The notes below the pieces were generated by a model. It was given only the letters and a program-made list of their open reading frames with translations, made no database searches and was not told where the DNA came from. Shown here piece by piece: positions 41,074 to 54,229 of a stretch of 64,000 nt of DNA (positions are counted from its first letter, which is position 1; each line of letters begins with the position of its first letter). Origin of the DNA: Octopus vulgaris (lineage: Eukaryota); the NCBI GenBank assembly GCA_951406725.2, contig OX597818.1, positions 34,348,001-34,412,000 of the forward strand, given 5' to 3'. The position numbers were made by a program, and so were the translations under genes.

Positions 41074-41325
41074 CATGGTTCGTTTCTATGTAAAGATATA
41101 TATTTAGTCTGTATATATGGATTACAGGTAAGTTCGACCCCATCAATTCACTGTGAAGAAAGTCCACTAGGAGGAGAATTTACTGCGAGGAAGGTTTACA
41201 GAGAAAATATATCCATAGTATCTAACCATTAATGGTTAAAACCTATTTCATTGAAAAAAAGAAGAAAAAAACGTGAATTGATGACCGTGAACTTACCGGA
41301 CATGGTATATATGTAATAATATTAA

Positions 41326-41356
<31 letters not shown>

Positions 41357-41912
41357 TGCCCTGATGCTGTACCAGGCAGTGGCTCTCATGGCTTCTGATC
41401 TTAACTGATTGGAAGTGTTATCATGTACATTGTTTTGTCTTGGTATAAAAGATGGGCCACAGCAAATATTCTGCTCAATACCACAGATTTGCTTGTCAGC
41501 TGTTTGACCTTCACCATTTGAGCATGTCCCTTAGTGGCTGACGATATGTGCATCTCTGATCATGTACAGAAGTAGTTGGGGAGCATCATAGCCATGTGTT
41601 GGGAGGGGTTCTTTGGAGGTTTTGATAATTCACATTTGGAAACATGGGTGGTTCGTTCGACATCCTTAAACAACCCTTATTCAGGGACCTTTTGAGCGGG
41701 ATGGGTTACTCGACCAGAAGAAAATTCTAACTGGGCCCCACCTACAAGGTCATGCGCTGTTTCTCTTGATATGAGATCACCATGTCGCGCACATATGGTT
41801 GTGATGCATGTGCCTGATGTACCCTTATCAGACGGGTAGTAATGATGAGTATACTGGGCTTCGTGTATTTTACCCCAGTGTCACTTTGATGTCATGCACT
41901 GCTCTCTCACTC
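41357..41912 (+). mobile_element. about 550-bp GC-richer insert inside a (TAA)n tract, probably a 5'-truncated retroelement 3' end
   Basis: Bounded on both sides by (TAA)n; no long ORF. Confidence 0.5.
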
Positions 41913-41956
<44 letters not shown>

Positions 41957-41997
41957 TAATAATAAATGCGCTTTTTAATATTTTGATAATATTCCAG

Positions 41998-42337
41998 GCG
42001 ATATCAAGGAAACTTTTACTGATGACGGCAGCATGTCTTTTGACATCGATGACACTATTTTGACGGTAGAGTCACTTGAAAGTGATGCTGATCGCGTGAG
42101 AATGCAACCACCGTTTAAGAAAAATGCAGCGGACCAAATAAAAAGTGTTGATGAAATGAAGAAACAGTTAGACAACCTAACTGTTATGTACTATCAAATG
42201 TCTCGCATGATTAACCAAAAACAGTCCAGTCACGCCCGAAGACCATGGAGCATCGCCAGTTCGGAAGCCAGTTCACTAATTCGAGAGAATCAAATGCAGA
42301 AAAACAAGTCTCTGCGAAACAAGGTCATACAAACACG
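41998..42337 (+). CDS. SAM-domain protein gene, exon 6 (GDIKETFTDDGSMSFDIDD...RRPWSIASSEASSL...KVIQTR)
   Basis: attccag| acceptor, CG|GTAGGT donor; 340 nt, phase 1 to 2. Confidence 0.88.
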
Positions 42338-42976
42338 GTAGGTATGTGTGGTGAATACACTGATCATTACTATTATTATTATTATTATCATTTATTTATT
42401 TAAGGTGGTGAGTTGATAGAATCGTTGGCCGAGGTCCACTTTGCTTTTGTCGTCCTTTCTAGGACGATAAAGTAAGTACCAGTTGAGCACTGGGGTCGAT
42501 GGAATCGGTTTAACTCCCCTCCTCCAATATTTCAAGCTTTATACCTATAATAGAAAAGATCATTCATTCATTCATTTACTCTCTTACTTTCTTGCTTGTT
42601 TCAGTCATCTGACTGCGGCTATGCTGGAGCACCGCCTTTACAGTCGAGTAAATCGACGTCAGAGCTTATTCCTCGTAAGCCTAGTACTTATTCTATCGGT
42701 CTCTTTTGCCGAACCGCTAAGTTACGAGGACGTAAACACACCAGCATCGGTTGTCAAACACAGACACACAAACATATGTACACACATATACATATATATA
42801 TACATATATACGACGGGCTTCTTTCAGTTTCCGTCTGCTAAATCCACTCTCAAGGCTTTGGTCGGCCCGAGGCTATAGTAGAAGACACTTGTCCAAGGTG
42901 CCACGCAGTGGGACTGAACCTAGAACCATGTGGTTGGTAAGCAAGCTAGTTACCAGCCAGCCACTCCTGCGCCTAT

Positions 42977-43016
<40 letters not shown>

Positions 43017-43452
43017 GGCGGCGAGCTGGCAGAATCGCTAGCGAGTTGGACAAAATGCTTAGCGGCATTTCGTTCCTCTCTACATTCTGAATTCAAATTC
43101 CACCGAGGTCGAAATTGCCTTTCGTCTTCTCGGAGTCGATAAAATAAGTATTAGTTGAGCACTGAGATCGATGTAATCGACTGTTCCTCTCTCCCAATAT
43201 TTCAGGCCTTATGCCTTTAATAGAAAGGATTATTATTATTTAAGGCGGCGAGCTGGCAAAACCGTTATCAAGTTCGACTAAATGCTTAGCGACATTTCAT
43301 TTGTCCTCTTATTCTGGCTTCTTGTTTAGAGGTCCACTTTGCCTTTCATCTTTTTGGGGTCGATAAAAAAGTACCAGTTGAGTATTGGGGTCGATGTAAT
43401 CGACTTAACTCCCTCCCTGAATATTTCAGGCCTTGTGCCTATAATAGAAAAG

Positions 43453-43683
43453 CCTGTGTGTCCCTTCTGTCCGAAGTCAGTCGCCATGATAGATCGTTAG
43501 TCACTACACACACTTTTTTTCTCTTCTTGTTTCTCTCCTTGTTTTTTTTCTGTGTCCCTTTCTGTAGAAGAGCGTAGGCTCGAAATGTAAAAGACTTTTT
43601 CTATTCCTGAGCGTTATACTAATACATCTGTTTGTTTTGTACACCACCTGTCTTCGTTTTTTGTTTTTTTCGTAAACTCTCCC
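43453..43683 (+). mobile_element. short hammerhead-like-motif retroelement with TSD (second copy 32754-32955)
   Basis: Two similar copies; 11-bp direct repeat TAATAGAAAAG at 43442-43452 and 43684-43694. Confidence 0.75.
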
Positions 43684-44581
43684 TAATAGAAAAGACTATT
43701 ATTCATTTAAGGCAGTGAGCTGGTAAAATCATTAGCAAGTTCGACAAAATGCTGCTAAGCGACATTACTTCAGGCTCGTTAAATTCTGAGTGAAAATTCT
43801 ACCGAGATCGACTTTACCTTTCACACTTTCGGGGTCAATAAAATAAAGTACCAGTCAAGTACTGAGGCCGTTATGTTCAACGTGCTCCTCCTTTCAAAAT
43901 CACTGGCCTTCTGACAAAATTAGGAAGGGTTATTACTTATTTATTTAAAGCATCGAACTGACAAGAGTCGTTAGCAAGTCGGGCAAAAGGTTTAGCGACA
44001 CTTCTCCTGGCTCTTTACATTCTGAGTTCAAATTACGCCGAGGCCGACTTTGCATTTCATTTTCTTCGGGGACGATAAAAATAAAGTACCAATCAGGAAT
44101 GGGGGTCGATGCAATCAACTTCTCTCCCCGCTCAAAATTCCTGGTTTTGTGCCAAATGATAATGGAATGTTGCTGTTTGTGTCAATGTTATTTTTTCGTG
44201 TTATGTTATTTGAGTTTTTTTTATCTTTTTGCCTATATTTGATTAATAGTTTTTGGGCGGATTTTTATTCATATAGAAGCCAGCCTTACAGTGGTAATCA
44301 TAGCCACCTGACAATTCTAAGGTAGCCATCTTACATTATGCAAATTTTACAATGTCAAATATTTAAGATATTTTAAAATGTCTGAAAAGAAAAATCACGA
44401 GTCTGCTCTATCCATGTAATAAGAAAAACGTCGTATTGCCTCCAGTTCCCTTAGATGTAAAAAGAAGCAAAAAAAAAAACTTCCTAGAAAAAATATCTTC
44501 TATATAGATAAAACGCGACTATTCACAGCAAACAACAACATTAAAAACAGCAATAATATTAGCAAAACTAACATCAATAAC

Positions 44582-44635
<54 letters not shown>

Positions 44636-44830
44636 CCTTTCTACTATAGGCACAATGCCTGAAATTTTGAGGGAGGGGACTAGTCGATTACATCGACCCG
44701 TGTTTCACTGCTACTTAATTTATCAGCCCCAAAAGGTTGAAAGGCAAAGTCGACCTCGGCAGAAATTGAACGGATGAAATGCCGCGAAATATTTTGCCTG
44801 GCGCAGTAACGATTCTGCCGGCTCGCCGCC

Positions 44831-44884
<54 letters not shown>

Positions 44885-45192
44885 GGCGTAGGAGTGGCTG
44901 TGTGGTAAGTAGCTTGCTTACCAACCACATGGTTCTGGGTTCAGTCCCACTGCGTGGCACCTTGGGCAAGTGTCTTCTACAATAGCCTCAGGCCGACCAA
45001 AGCCTTGTGAGTGGATTTCGTAGACGAAAACTGAAAGAAGCCCGTCGAATATGTATATATATAGAATAAGTACTAGGCTAACAAAGAATAAGTCATTGGG
45101 GCGATTTGCTCGACTAATGGCGGTGCTCCAGCATGGCCACAGTCAAATGACTGAAACAAATTAAAAAACAAATGAGTATGATGATATTGATG

Positions 45193-45234
<42 letters not shown>

Positions 45235-45364
45235 GCAACAACAACATCGGCAATAACAACAACCTGATGATGAGGAGGAGGATTATGATGATATTTTAAA
45301 ATTACCACTTGCAACTTATGTTTCATTTACAATTTTTCTCTTATTTCTTTCAATTAATTAACAG

Positions 45365-45724
45365 ACACACAAAGAGGAAATTTCAGCGGCTTGAATCGAA
45401 CATTGTTAGTCTGTCACATAACGTTACTAGTTTGACATCGCAAATCCGTTCTTATAGTGGGCTTCACAAACAAATCGATACACTGAAACAAGATCTGCAA
45501 GATATGAAGAATTCTTTCGAACAATTTCGCATCAATAACAAAAATAGCAATATCGTCAACAACACCAACAATAATAACAGCAACAACAACAGTCACAACA
45601 ACTACAGCAACAGCAGCAGCAACAATAATATCAACCAAACATACATCAGGAAAATAAGTTTCGAGAAATTTCGGTGTTGGTTGCCTTCGTTAACTAATCG
45701 GAAGCGTGTGCATAAATTGACAAG
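45365..45724 (+). CDS. SAM-domain protein gene, exon 7 (coiled-coil-like segment, poly-Asn tract, ...NRKRVHKLTR)
   Basis: aattaacag| acceptor, AG|GTAAGT donor; 360 nt, phase 2 to 2; heptad-like LESNIVSLSHNVTSLTSQI...IDTLKQDLQDMK. Confidence 0.9.
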
Positions 45725-45766
45725 GTAAGTTATAAATGAAAAATAATCGATATTATTATTATTATT

Positions 45767-46145
45767 ACTAGCAGTATCGCCCGGCGTTGCTCGGGTTTGT
45801 TTCGACCCTTTAGAATTGGAATTTTTGAAAAGTAAAAATTTTGCATTACGTAGCTTCTTATTCTCTTTAAGTGAACATTTTTCTGGTTGAAATACACCGA
45901 AAAATGGCGACACAGCAGTAAAAAAATCGTAAAAAATAGGGATTTTCATAGAAAAAAAGCACCTTTTTTTGGTGTTAACATGGTCCGATTTGAATTTTTT
46001 CTTCTACGGAATGAAGAGCAAGCCTTCTTCTATCACATTCTCAATTTTGGTCAACTTGCACCGCAGGGTCTCGGAGGAGATAGTGTTAGTTGAAGGCTAC
46101 CAAACCTGCCATACACAGACAACTTCAGCTTTATATAGAGAGAGA
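45767..46145 (+). mobile_element. Helitron/Helentron-like non-autonomous element
   Basis: ACTAG start with CCCGGCGTTGCTCGGG hairpin; ends acagacaacttcagctttatatagag. Confidence 0.5.
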
Positions 46146-47068
46146 TTACTCAGTAGTTTTTATCACGTGGTTTCACTGCACTACCGAGCGCAGCTCTTGT
46201 GCTGAGGTTTATTTTGATGCTGTTCTTTTTACTGTATAAAAAGTGCTTTATGTAGGATATTATACTGTGTCCATTGTTATACTAAGGAGCACTCTGTCGG
46301 TTGCGACGACGAGGGTCCCAGCTGATACGATCAACGGAACAGCTTGCTCGTGAAATTAACGTGCAAGTGGCTGAGCACTCCACAAACACGTGTACCCTTA
46401 ACGTAGTTCTCGGGGAGATTCAGCGAGACAAAGAGTATGACAAGGCCGGCCCTTTGAATTACAGGTACTACTCATTTTTGCCAACTGAGTGGACTGGAGC
46501 AACGGGAAATAAAATGTCTTGCTCAAGGACACAACGCGCCACCGGGAATTGAACTCACAACCTTACGATCATGAGCCGAATGCCCCTAACCACCAAGCCA
46601 CGCGCCTTCACACATTGTTATTCTACATAAGTAGAAGTAACAGTATCAGCAGTAGGAACAGTGACAACAGCAATAGCAACACAACCAACAGCAACACGGG
46701 AGCAACAATAGAAAGGCTTCTTTCGCTGGAGTTGTCGCCACAAGGAAATTATGCAGTCTTTTCCTGTAAGATTAGCGGACAAAATTATAAGACACTACTT
46801 GATTTGGGAAAATTGAAACGATAAGGTCTGAGCTTGACTCCTGGTGGTCAGGGTGATTCGAGATCTGTGAAGTGTTCCTTGGTCGCCCCTGGATAGCGTT
46901 TCCCTCATCAGGCAATTTTGTTGAAGCTAACAATTCTAGATACACTAAACCCTCTATGATTCAATTCGCATTCCTTATTATATGTAACGTACAGAAGTAA
47001 TTTATAAGCACAAGAAACCAACCATTTTGTTGATTTCAGTACTTTCAAAATTTGTTTCTAATTTACAG

Positions 47069-47126
47069 ATTCTTTGGAGAAGAGCCACCGCTTCTGGAAA
47101 TATTTTTACAGAAACTAGGTTACGAA
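47069..47126 (+). CDS. SAM-domain protein gene, exon 8 (FFGEEPPLLEIFLQKLGYE; start of the SAM domain)
   Basis: atttacag| acceptor, GAA|GTAAGT donor; 58 nt, phase 2 to 0; FL..LG.E is typical of SAM helix 1. Confidence 0.9.
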
Positions 47127-48405
47127 GTAAGTAACGGTTCTGTATTTTGTATATAAATAATATTTAGTGGAATTAAGAATATTACTTAATGCTATTTTTT
47201 GCTGTTTTATGTTGTTGCTAGACACTTAAAAGAAGAAAATTTGATTTATCACTTACAGTTTATAATTTGGGTGGAGAGATAAATTGAAGGTTGTCATGTT
47301 CAAATCCTACACAAGATACGATATATCATCATGCGAAGTTTGAAACGGTAACGTGGTCACCGACTTACCAGGAACTTACATTTTACTCCACAGTTCTTAG
47401 CTTACCTCAGGTCTTTACATTTTGTGAGATGCACAAAGCAGCAATCAATCTGCTGTACTTCTCTCCCGCTCCCGTCCAACTGACTCTCGTGCGTTTCAGG
47501 TCTTCCTAGAATGTTCGACGCTAATTGCTCTTAGGCATGCACCCACCACCAAATTTCCTTCTTCTAGTGTCCTCGTAATTGCAGTCTTTTCATTCCGAAC
47601 GGTTGTCAAGCGCAAAAATGTGACCTGCTTAGTGAAATCGATGCGGTGCCACAGTATTTTGCAACGAGTGGAATACTACTCACAACCGTACCCATTCTTG
47701 GAAACAAAAACCAAGAGTGCGACGTAATGATAACTGAGTGAATGCATTTAAAAAAAAAATCTACTCAATCAGAGCTGACACGAGGCTCAGCGCTGAACCA
47801 AGTTTATTATACAGTGCTTCTGTACGTTTGATTATCATAGACCTGGACCTTTACGTTGTACTTATTTATAAACAAGCCAACAAAAAAGACTCTTTTTATA
47901 AATAATAGCCAAATGTCTCTCAAATCGTACACTACTGTCTGAAGAGCATACACTAGATAATAATACAGTTATATATACTTTTGATGGTTATGTCTTTGAT
48001 GAGATCTACTTGATAAGGATTGATCTGAAGCCAAACAGTTTATTTACAGACAGACACAGCTCTACGTGATCGCTAGATCTAACTAAAAAAAAGTAGTTAA
48101 ATCTTGTCTCATGGACGACTGTCTTATAAATGGACACATTGGGTTGTGTGAACCGACGCACACTATTTTAGAAAACAAACAGTTTGGTCGTGGAAGGAAT
48201 GCTTTTGATTATATCTCTGTTCAATTATGACCGACTTTGAGCAAACAACCACAGTTTATTTACAGATGGATAAACCGAATTAAGGGGTTCGTCGTGGTCA
48301 CTATGCAATGCATACAACCAAGATTCGAACCCACGACTGCCCTACTGGCAGCCTAATATTCTACATCGTTTTACTATAAACTCTCTTTTCTTCTCTCATC
48401 TTCAG

Positions 48406-48573
48406 CGCTATGTTACCAATTTCTCAAACGAACACATAGGAATGCTTGAACTGCCTTACATGACGGAAGATCGCCTGAAGAGTATCGGGATACCAATGGG
48501 CCCAAGGCTACGCATACTCCAAGAAGCCCAGCTTTGTTTTCGACAAGAAAACTTTGATATTTATATTGTTTGA
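48406..48573 (+). CDS. SAM-domain protein gene, last exon (RYVTNFSNEHIGMLELPYMTEDRLKSIGIPMGPRLRILQEAQLCFRQENFDIYIV*)
   Basis: Long pyrimidine tract ending ttcag|; SAM signature Y...F....I....L..MTEDRLKSIGIPMGPRLRIL; TGA at 48571-48573. Confidence 0.92.
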   Translation, partial: RYVTNFSNEHIGMLELPYMTEDRLKSIGIPMGPRLRILQEAQLCFRQENFDIYIV

Positions 48574-48773
48574 ATGAATGAAAATTACACCCCCTCTGCC
48601 TCTGCCCTTCTCTCTCTCTCTCTTTCGCTCTCTCTCTCTGTCTTTCTAGTTGTTCTTTATTGTTCTTCTCCCTCATTCATTCTCTCACTTCATCTCCTTC
48701 TCTTTAATTTTTCTCACTCCTTTCTATCTGCTCCTCTCCTTCAAACATACAAAACATACGCACACGTATGCAT

Positions 48774-48779
48774 AATAAA
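48774..48779 (+). promoter_or_regulatory. candidate polyadenylation signal of the SAM gene
   Basis: AATAAA about 200 nt after the stop codon. Confidence 0.3.
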
Positions 48780-49060
48780 TACTTGAATCTGTAAACTCAA
48801 AGACAATTAATCCGTACTTATCTAACATATGTGCGGGGCATGTAATTACCCACAAAAAAAACTGTGGTCATCAACATAACACGAGAACTTAATCAGAGGT
48901 GAACAGAGTTCGTTAGTCGATATCAATTCCCGGTTTCGGCCAGATTGCTTTATCTATACCACTCACCTTTGGAAACGAACACGAACTTCACAACCCCACC
49001 CCATATTTAAACACACACATCCTCCCATGTATAAACGCACACGCATACATGAGTACACAC

Positions 49061-49097
<37 letters not shown>

Positions 49098-49179
49098 AAT
49101 AGCTTTCTGATGTGTGTGTGTGTGTGTGTGTATGTAATGGTCCTCCTAACTTGCGCTCTACATCAAAATATCCTGATAA

Positions 49180-49406
49180 GGATCTTTACCTTTTGACCGA
49201 CAGATTTGAAAATTAATTTTGATTGGTTGAAATTACCGAAATACTACAACTTTAACGTGAAATAACTTCCTAAATATAAGCTTTTCTCAAAAACGCTAAG
49301 AGTAAAAGATGTTTTGTATGACACATTCTACCAGTGTCCGAAGTTTGAAAGTGTTTAGTTACAAAAAATTATTTTTTTAAATCTGTCGGTCAAAAGGTTA
49401 AGTTCC
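49180..49406. mobile_element. Merlin-like MITE
   Basis: About 40-bp TIRs starting GG (GGATCTTTACCTTTTGACCGACAGATTT) and 8-bp TSD CCTGATAA (49172-49179, 49407-49414). Confidence 0.75.
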
Positions 49407-50107
49407 CCTGATAATAAAATTCATCAAACACAGGCTTGTGCAATATTAAAATGGAAAAAACAAATAGTTGACTTTCGAACCAGCCTTGGCGATTTGTGTT
49501 TCGTTGTTGTTTCTTTCTTACAATTTCTCGTTGTTTGTTTGTTTATTTATCTGTAAGTTAGTATGTCGTAAACAAGGTGATAAGTTTTTAAAAGATTCCT
49601 GAGATTTGTGGATATCTGAATTAGTTGTGTATGTATGTATGTATGTATGTAAGCATGTGATCACGTGACCGACCAGGCTACCAGATGTTGCAACACATCG
49701 CTGGTCGCAATGCGCTTCGCATTGTTTTAGCCTTCAAATGACGCCACCCCGCTAGCTAAGCAAGCAGGCTTACAGAAAAAAGAGTGAGAGAAAGTTGTGG
49801 CGAAAGCGTACAGCAGAGATCGCCACCAGCACCCCCTGCCGGAGCCTCGTAGAGCTTTAGGTGTTTTCGCTCAATAAACACTCACAACGCCCGGTCTGGG
49901 AATCGAAACCGTGATCCTAAGACCGCTAGTCTTGCGCCTCCTCATGTCTGTCTGTATGTATGTATATAAAAATTAATATAAACAGCTAGGCGCAACATAA
50001 AAACAAAAAGGAAGCATTTTATCGTCACTAATTGTAGGAAGCATGCAATATATATTGCCCTTGTGAGCAATAAAGAAATAAGAAACTAGTCTAGTGATGT
50101 GTGTGTG

Positions 50108-50161
<54 letters not shown>

Positions 50162-50484
50162 CACACACACACACACACACTTACATGGGAGATAACTGCC
50201 CTGTGAGCGTCTCACGGATCACTAGACTAGACTAGTTTCTTATTTCTTTATTGCCCACAAGGGGCTAAACATAGAGGGGACAAACAAGGACAGATAAACG
50301 GATTAAGTCGATTAGATCGACATCAGTGTATAACTGGTACTTAATTTATCGACCCCGAAAGGATGAAAGGTCAAATCGACCTCGGCGGAATTTGAACTCA
50401 AAACGTAAAGACAGACGAAATACCGCTAAGCATTTCGCCCGGCGCGCTAACGTTTCTGCCAGCTCGCCGCCTTTAAATATATAT

Positions 50485-50705
50485 TTCTTTCCAGAGAATC
50501 GACACATTTTCTCCCCCAGTCACAGCTTCAGGATGGTGTTTATACCATATGTCAACGGTTTTGATTTCATAATGCCGACATATTGTCCAGTGTAAATACT
50601 GGCCGACTCTGTCATGTCTTGATTTATATTCTATAGGTGCTAAGACTCTACACCCTGAGATTAGGTGGTCTATAGTTTCAATCTCATCGTTACAGAATCG
50701 GCATA
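50485..50705 (-). mobile_element. R4/Dong-like non-LTR fragment (CCHC knuckle plus RHD motif of the RLE domain)
   Basis: CRFCNDEIETIDHLISGC...YKSRHDRVGQYLHWTICRHY...WYKHHPEAV; adjoins an (AAT/AAC)n tract. Confidence 0.75.
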
Positions 50706-51488
50706 TATTATTATTGTTGTTGTTGTTGTTATTAAGGCGGTGAGCTGGCAGAAACGTTAGCACGCCGGACAAAATGTTTAGCGGCATTTCGTCCGTCATT
50801 ACGTTTTCAATTCATATTCCGCCGACGTCGATTTTGCCTCTCGTCCTTTTGGGGTTAATGAAATAAATACCAGTTAAGCACTGGGGTCGATGTGATCGAC
50901 TAGCCACACACCCACACCCAAAATTTCAGGCCCTGTGCCTTTAGTAGAAAGGATTATTATTGGGGTCGATAAAATAAGTACCAGTTAATCACAGGGGTCG
51001 AACTTGCTGGTATTGTCGACTTTGCCTCTCATCCTTTTCAGGGTTAATGAAATAAAAAGCAGTTAAGCATTGGGGTCGATGTAATCGACTAGGCACACAC
51101 CCACACCCAAAATCCTTTAGTAGAAATGGTTATTATTGGGATCAATAAGTACCAGTTAATCATTGGGGGTCGAACTTGCTGGCATAGTCGACTTTGCCTT
51201 TCATCCTTTCAGGATCGATAAATTAAGTTACCAACTGACTACTGGGGCCGATGCAATCGACTGATCCCTTCCTCCAAAATTTCAGGCCTTGTGCCTTTAG
51301 CAGATAGGATATTATTATTGATCGAATAAGTACCAGTTACGCACTGGAGTCGCAGTAATCGACTTAAACCCCTCCTTCAAGCTGCCCTTGTGGCAAAAAT
51401 TTGAAATTATTATTACTATTATTATTATTATCATTGTTATTTTTATTTTTGTTATCATCATCATCATCATAATCATTATTATTATTAA

Positions 51489-51545
<57 letters not shown>

Positions 51546-51965
51546 CATTATTATTATTATAAACGGAGAACAAGATAACAGTTTAATATAACTTGTGTTT
51601 GTATGCGCAAGTTTATAGATAAAAAGTGAGAAGAAGAGAGGGAAAAGATTTGAGGGGGAGAAAGAGAGAGGAAGAGGGAGAGAATATATATAAGAAACGA
51701 AGAGATCAAAGAGATCAAAGATTGAGATATAGATAATTAATAAGCGTAAACTGCGAATATAAAATCAAAAGAAAGTAAAACTTATTAAAAAAAAAGACAC
51801 AAAAAGGGAAACGAAAAAAAAACATCGAGCGATAAATATACTTGAATAGTGGGAGTGGGTTGGTAAAGCAGCCACGTAAGCTACAAGCGTGACACAGATA
51901 TATCAACTTACAGAGCAAAGCTAGAAATGATTATTATAGTAGTTATAAAAACGACTACTTGTCGA

Positions 51966-52037
51966 GGTCTCATGGTGTAATGGTTAGCACTCTGGACTTT
52001 GAATCCAGCGATCCGAGTTCAAATCTCGGTGAGACCT
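51966..52037 (+). tRNA. tRNA-Gln (anticodon TTG)
   Basis: GGTCTCATGGTGTAATGGTTAGCACTCTGGACTTTGAATCCAGCGATCCGAGTTCAAATCTCGGTGAGACCT: 72 nt, fully paired acceptor stem GGTCTCA/TGAGACC, intact D, anticodon and T arms, A and B boxes. Confidence 0.97.
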
Positions 52038-52048
52038 AAGAGTGTTAC

Positions 52049-52053
52049 TTTTT
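52049..52053 (+). terminator. RNA polymerase III terminator of tRNA-Gln
   Basis: T5 run starting 12 nt downstream of the tRNA. Confidence 0.7.
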
Positions 52054-52739
52054 AGTAATACTGAATTCAAATTTAAGCTATATATGTATATATTTGTTTA
52101 TTAGAGTTGCTACACTCTTCGAAAATTATTTTCTCATAGATCTCGGATGACGAGGTATTCATATTTTTCTCAGCAGCATTTCCGACATAAATCTAGAAAA
52201 TTCATACCTACACAAGTATGTATCATCTTCCCCAACCCCCTCGCAAATTTGTTTCCTCATATATATATATCCTGACACACATCAGATATATATATCTACA
52301 AAATGAAACTTGAAGTATTGAAAACAAATTATGATGTATGTATGTGCGTGTGCGCGTCCAATGTTTTTTTTTTTTTTTCACTTTTTTCGCATCAAATTCC
52401 GATATTATCATAACCTACACTTTCTGAAAGATATTTGTAAAAAATTTTGCTTAAAAAAAATATCCATTTTTCTGAAAGTTATGAAGGTGTGGTAAGAAGT
52501 TTCCTCCCAGTCACAGGGTTCAGGGTTCAGACCCACTACGTTGCAACTTGGGGAAATATCTGCTATTATAACCTTGGGCCGACAAAAGTTTTGTGGGTGG
52601 ATTTAGTAGACAGAAACTGTAAAGAAGACCTCGTATGTGTGAGTGTGTGTTTGTGTGTGTGTGTGTGCATGTGCGTGTGTGTGTGCGTGTGTGTATGTGT
52701 GCGTGCGTGTGTGCGTGTGTGTGTGTGTGTGTGCGTGTG

Positions 52740-52782
<43 letters not shown>

Positions 52783-52807
52783 TTGTGTGTGTGTGTGTGT
52801 ACATATA

Positions 52808-53445
52808 CAGGATGCTACGAATAAACTGTCGTCTAAATTATGCAGAAATGAAAATAGCACTGGCATCTCATTTTAACAGATATATTTACCAAAATTATAT
52901 AAAAATATCTTGGAATACCAAAGAGTAATCTTATTTAGTAAAATCGCCATTGGCTTCAACCACGGCCTCCAGACGACTTCTGTATCTCCTGCAACTCTTC
53001 TGGACGGTCACCTTGTTTAAATTGGTGAATGCTGCCGTAATCCTTGCCTTCTGTTCATCTTTAGTGTTACAAGGAATTTTGTTGGTCTCTCGCTCAACTG
53101 CGCCCCACACATAATATTCAAGGGGATTGCAGTCTGGGGAGTTTGGTAGCCAGATGTTAGGGGTGATGTGGTCGCAAAATTGTCTGGCAGCCATGACTGG
53201 GTTCTCCTGCTTGTGTGGCATGGTGCAGAGTCCTGTTGCCAGACATAGGGTCTTCCAGCAGTCACCCTCTTGATCCAGGGCAGCACTACCTCCTCCAGGC
53301 ATTTGAAGTAGGCTTCTGTGTTGAGTCTAGGGCTGTGTGGGAAGATGAATGGAGGTATAACATCGCCATCACTAGTGATCACTCCAAACACCATGATGTT
53401 GACTGGATGTCTGATTTTTATCACTCTCGGTACATATCCTCAGAT
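52808..53445 (-). mobile_element. Tc1/mariner (maT/DD37D-like) transposase 3' remnant with terminus
   Basis: MVFGVITSDG, YVWQQDSAPCHTS, WLPNSPDCNPLEYYVWG, RSRLEAVVEANG; TA|CAGG terminus at 52806-52811. Confidence 0.85.
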
Positions 53446-53835
53446 TAACACCCAAACACTCTAAAATGTATGTCCATATTGGAGCTTTCAGCGCGAATGC
53501 CAAGCAGTATAGCATGACTGCTAAAGATGGCAGTCAACCGTCTCCACTCTCACGTGTGTGTGCGTGTGTGTGTGTGTGAGTTTGTGTGTTTGTGTGTGTG
53601 TGTATATTTTTATTCTTTTACATGTTTTAGGCATTTGACAGCGGCCATACTGGAACACCACCTTAAAGGGTTTTAGCCAAAGTAATCGACCCCAGGGCTT
53701 ATTTTTTGTAAGCCTAGTATTTATTCTATCGGGGTTTTTTGCCGAACCGCTAAGTTACTAAGACATAAAAACACCAGCATTGGTTGTCTAGCGATGACAG
53801 GAATACAAACACAGGCACGCACACACAGTAGTAAG

Positions 53836-53867
<32 letters not shown>

Positions 53868-54128
53868 AAGCAAGGTGACCGTCCAGAAGAGTTGCAGGAG
53901 ATCCAGAAGTCGTCTGGAGGCCGTGGTTGAAGCCAATGGCAATTTTATTGAATAAAATTACTCTTTGGTATTCCAAGATATTTTTATATAATTTTGGTAA
54001 ATATATCTGTTAAAATGAGATGTCAGTGCTATTTTCATTTCTGCGTAATTTAGACGACAGTTTATTCGTAGCATCCTGTATATGTATGTACACACATACA
54101 CACACATGCACACGCACACATGCACACG

Positions 54129-54229
<101 letters not shown>

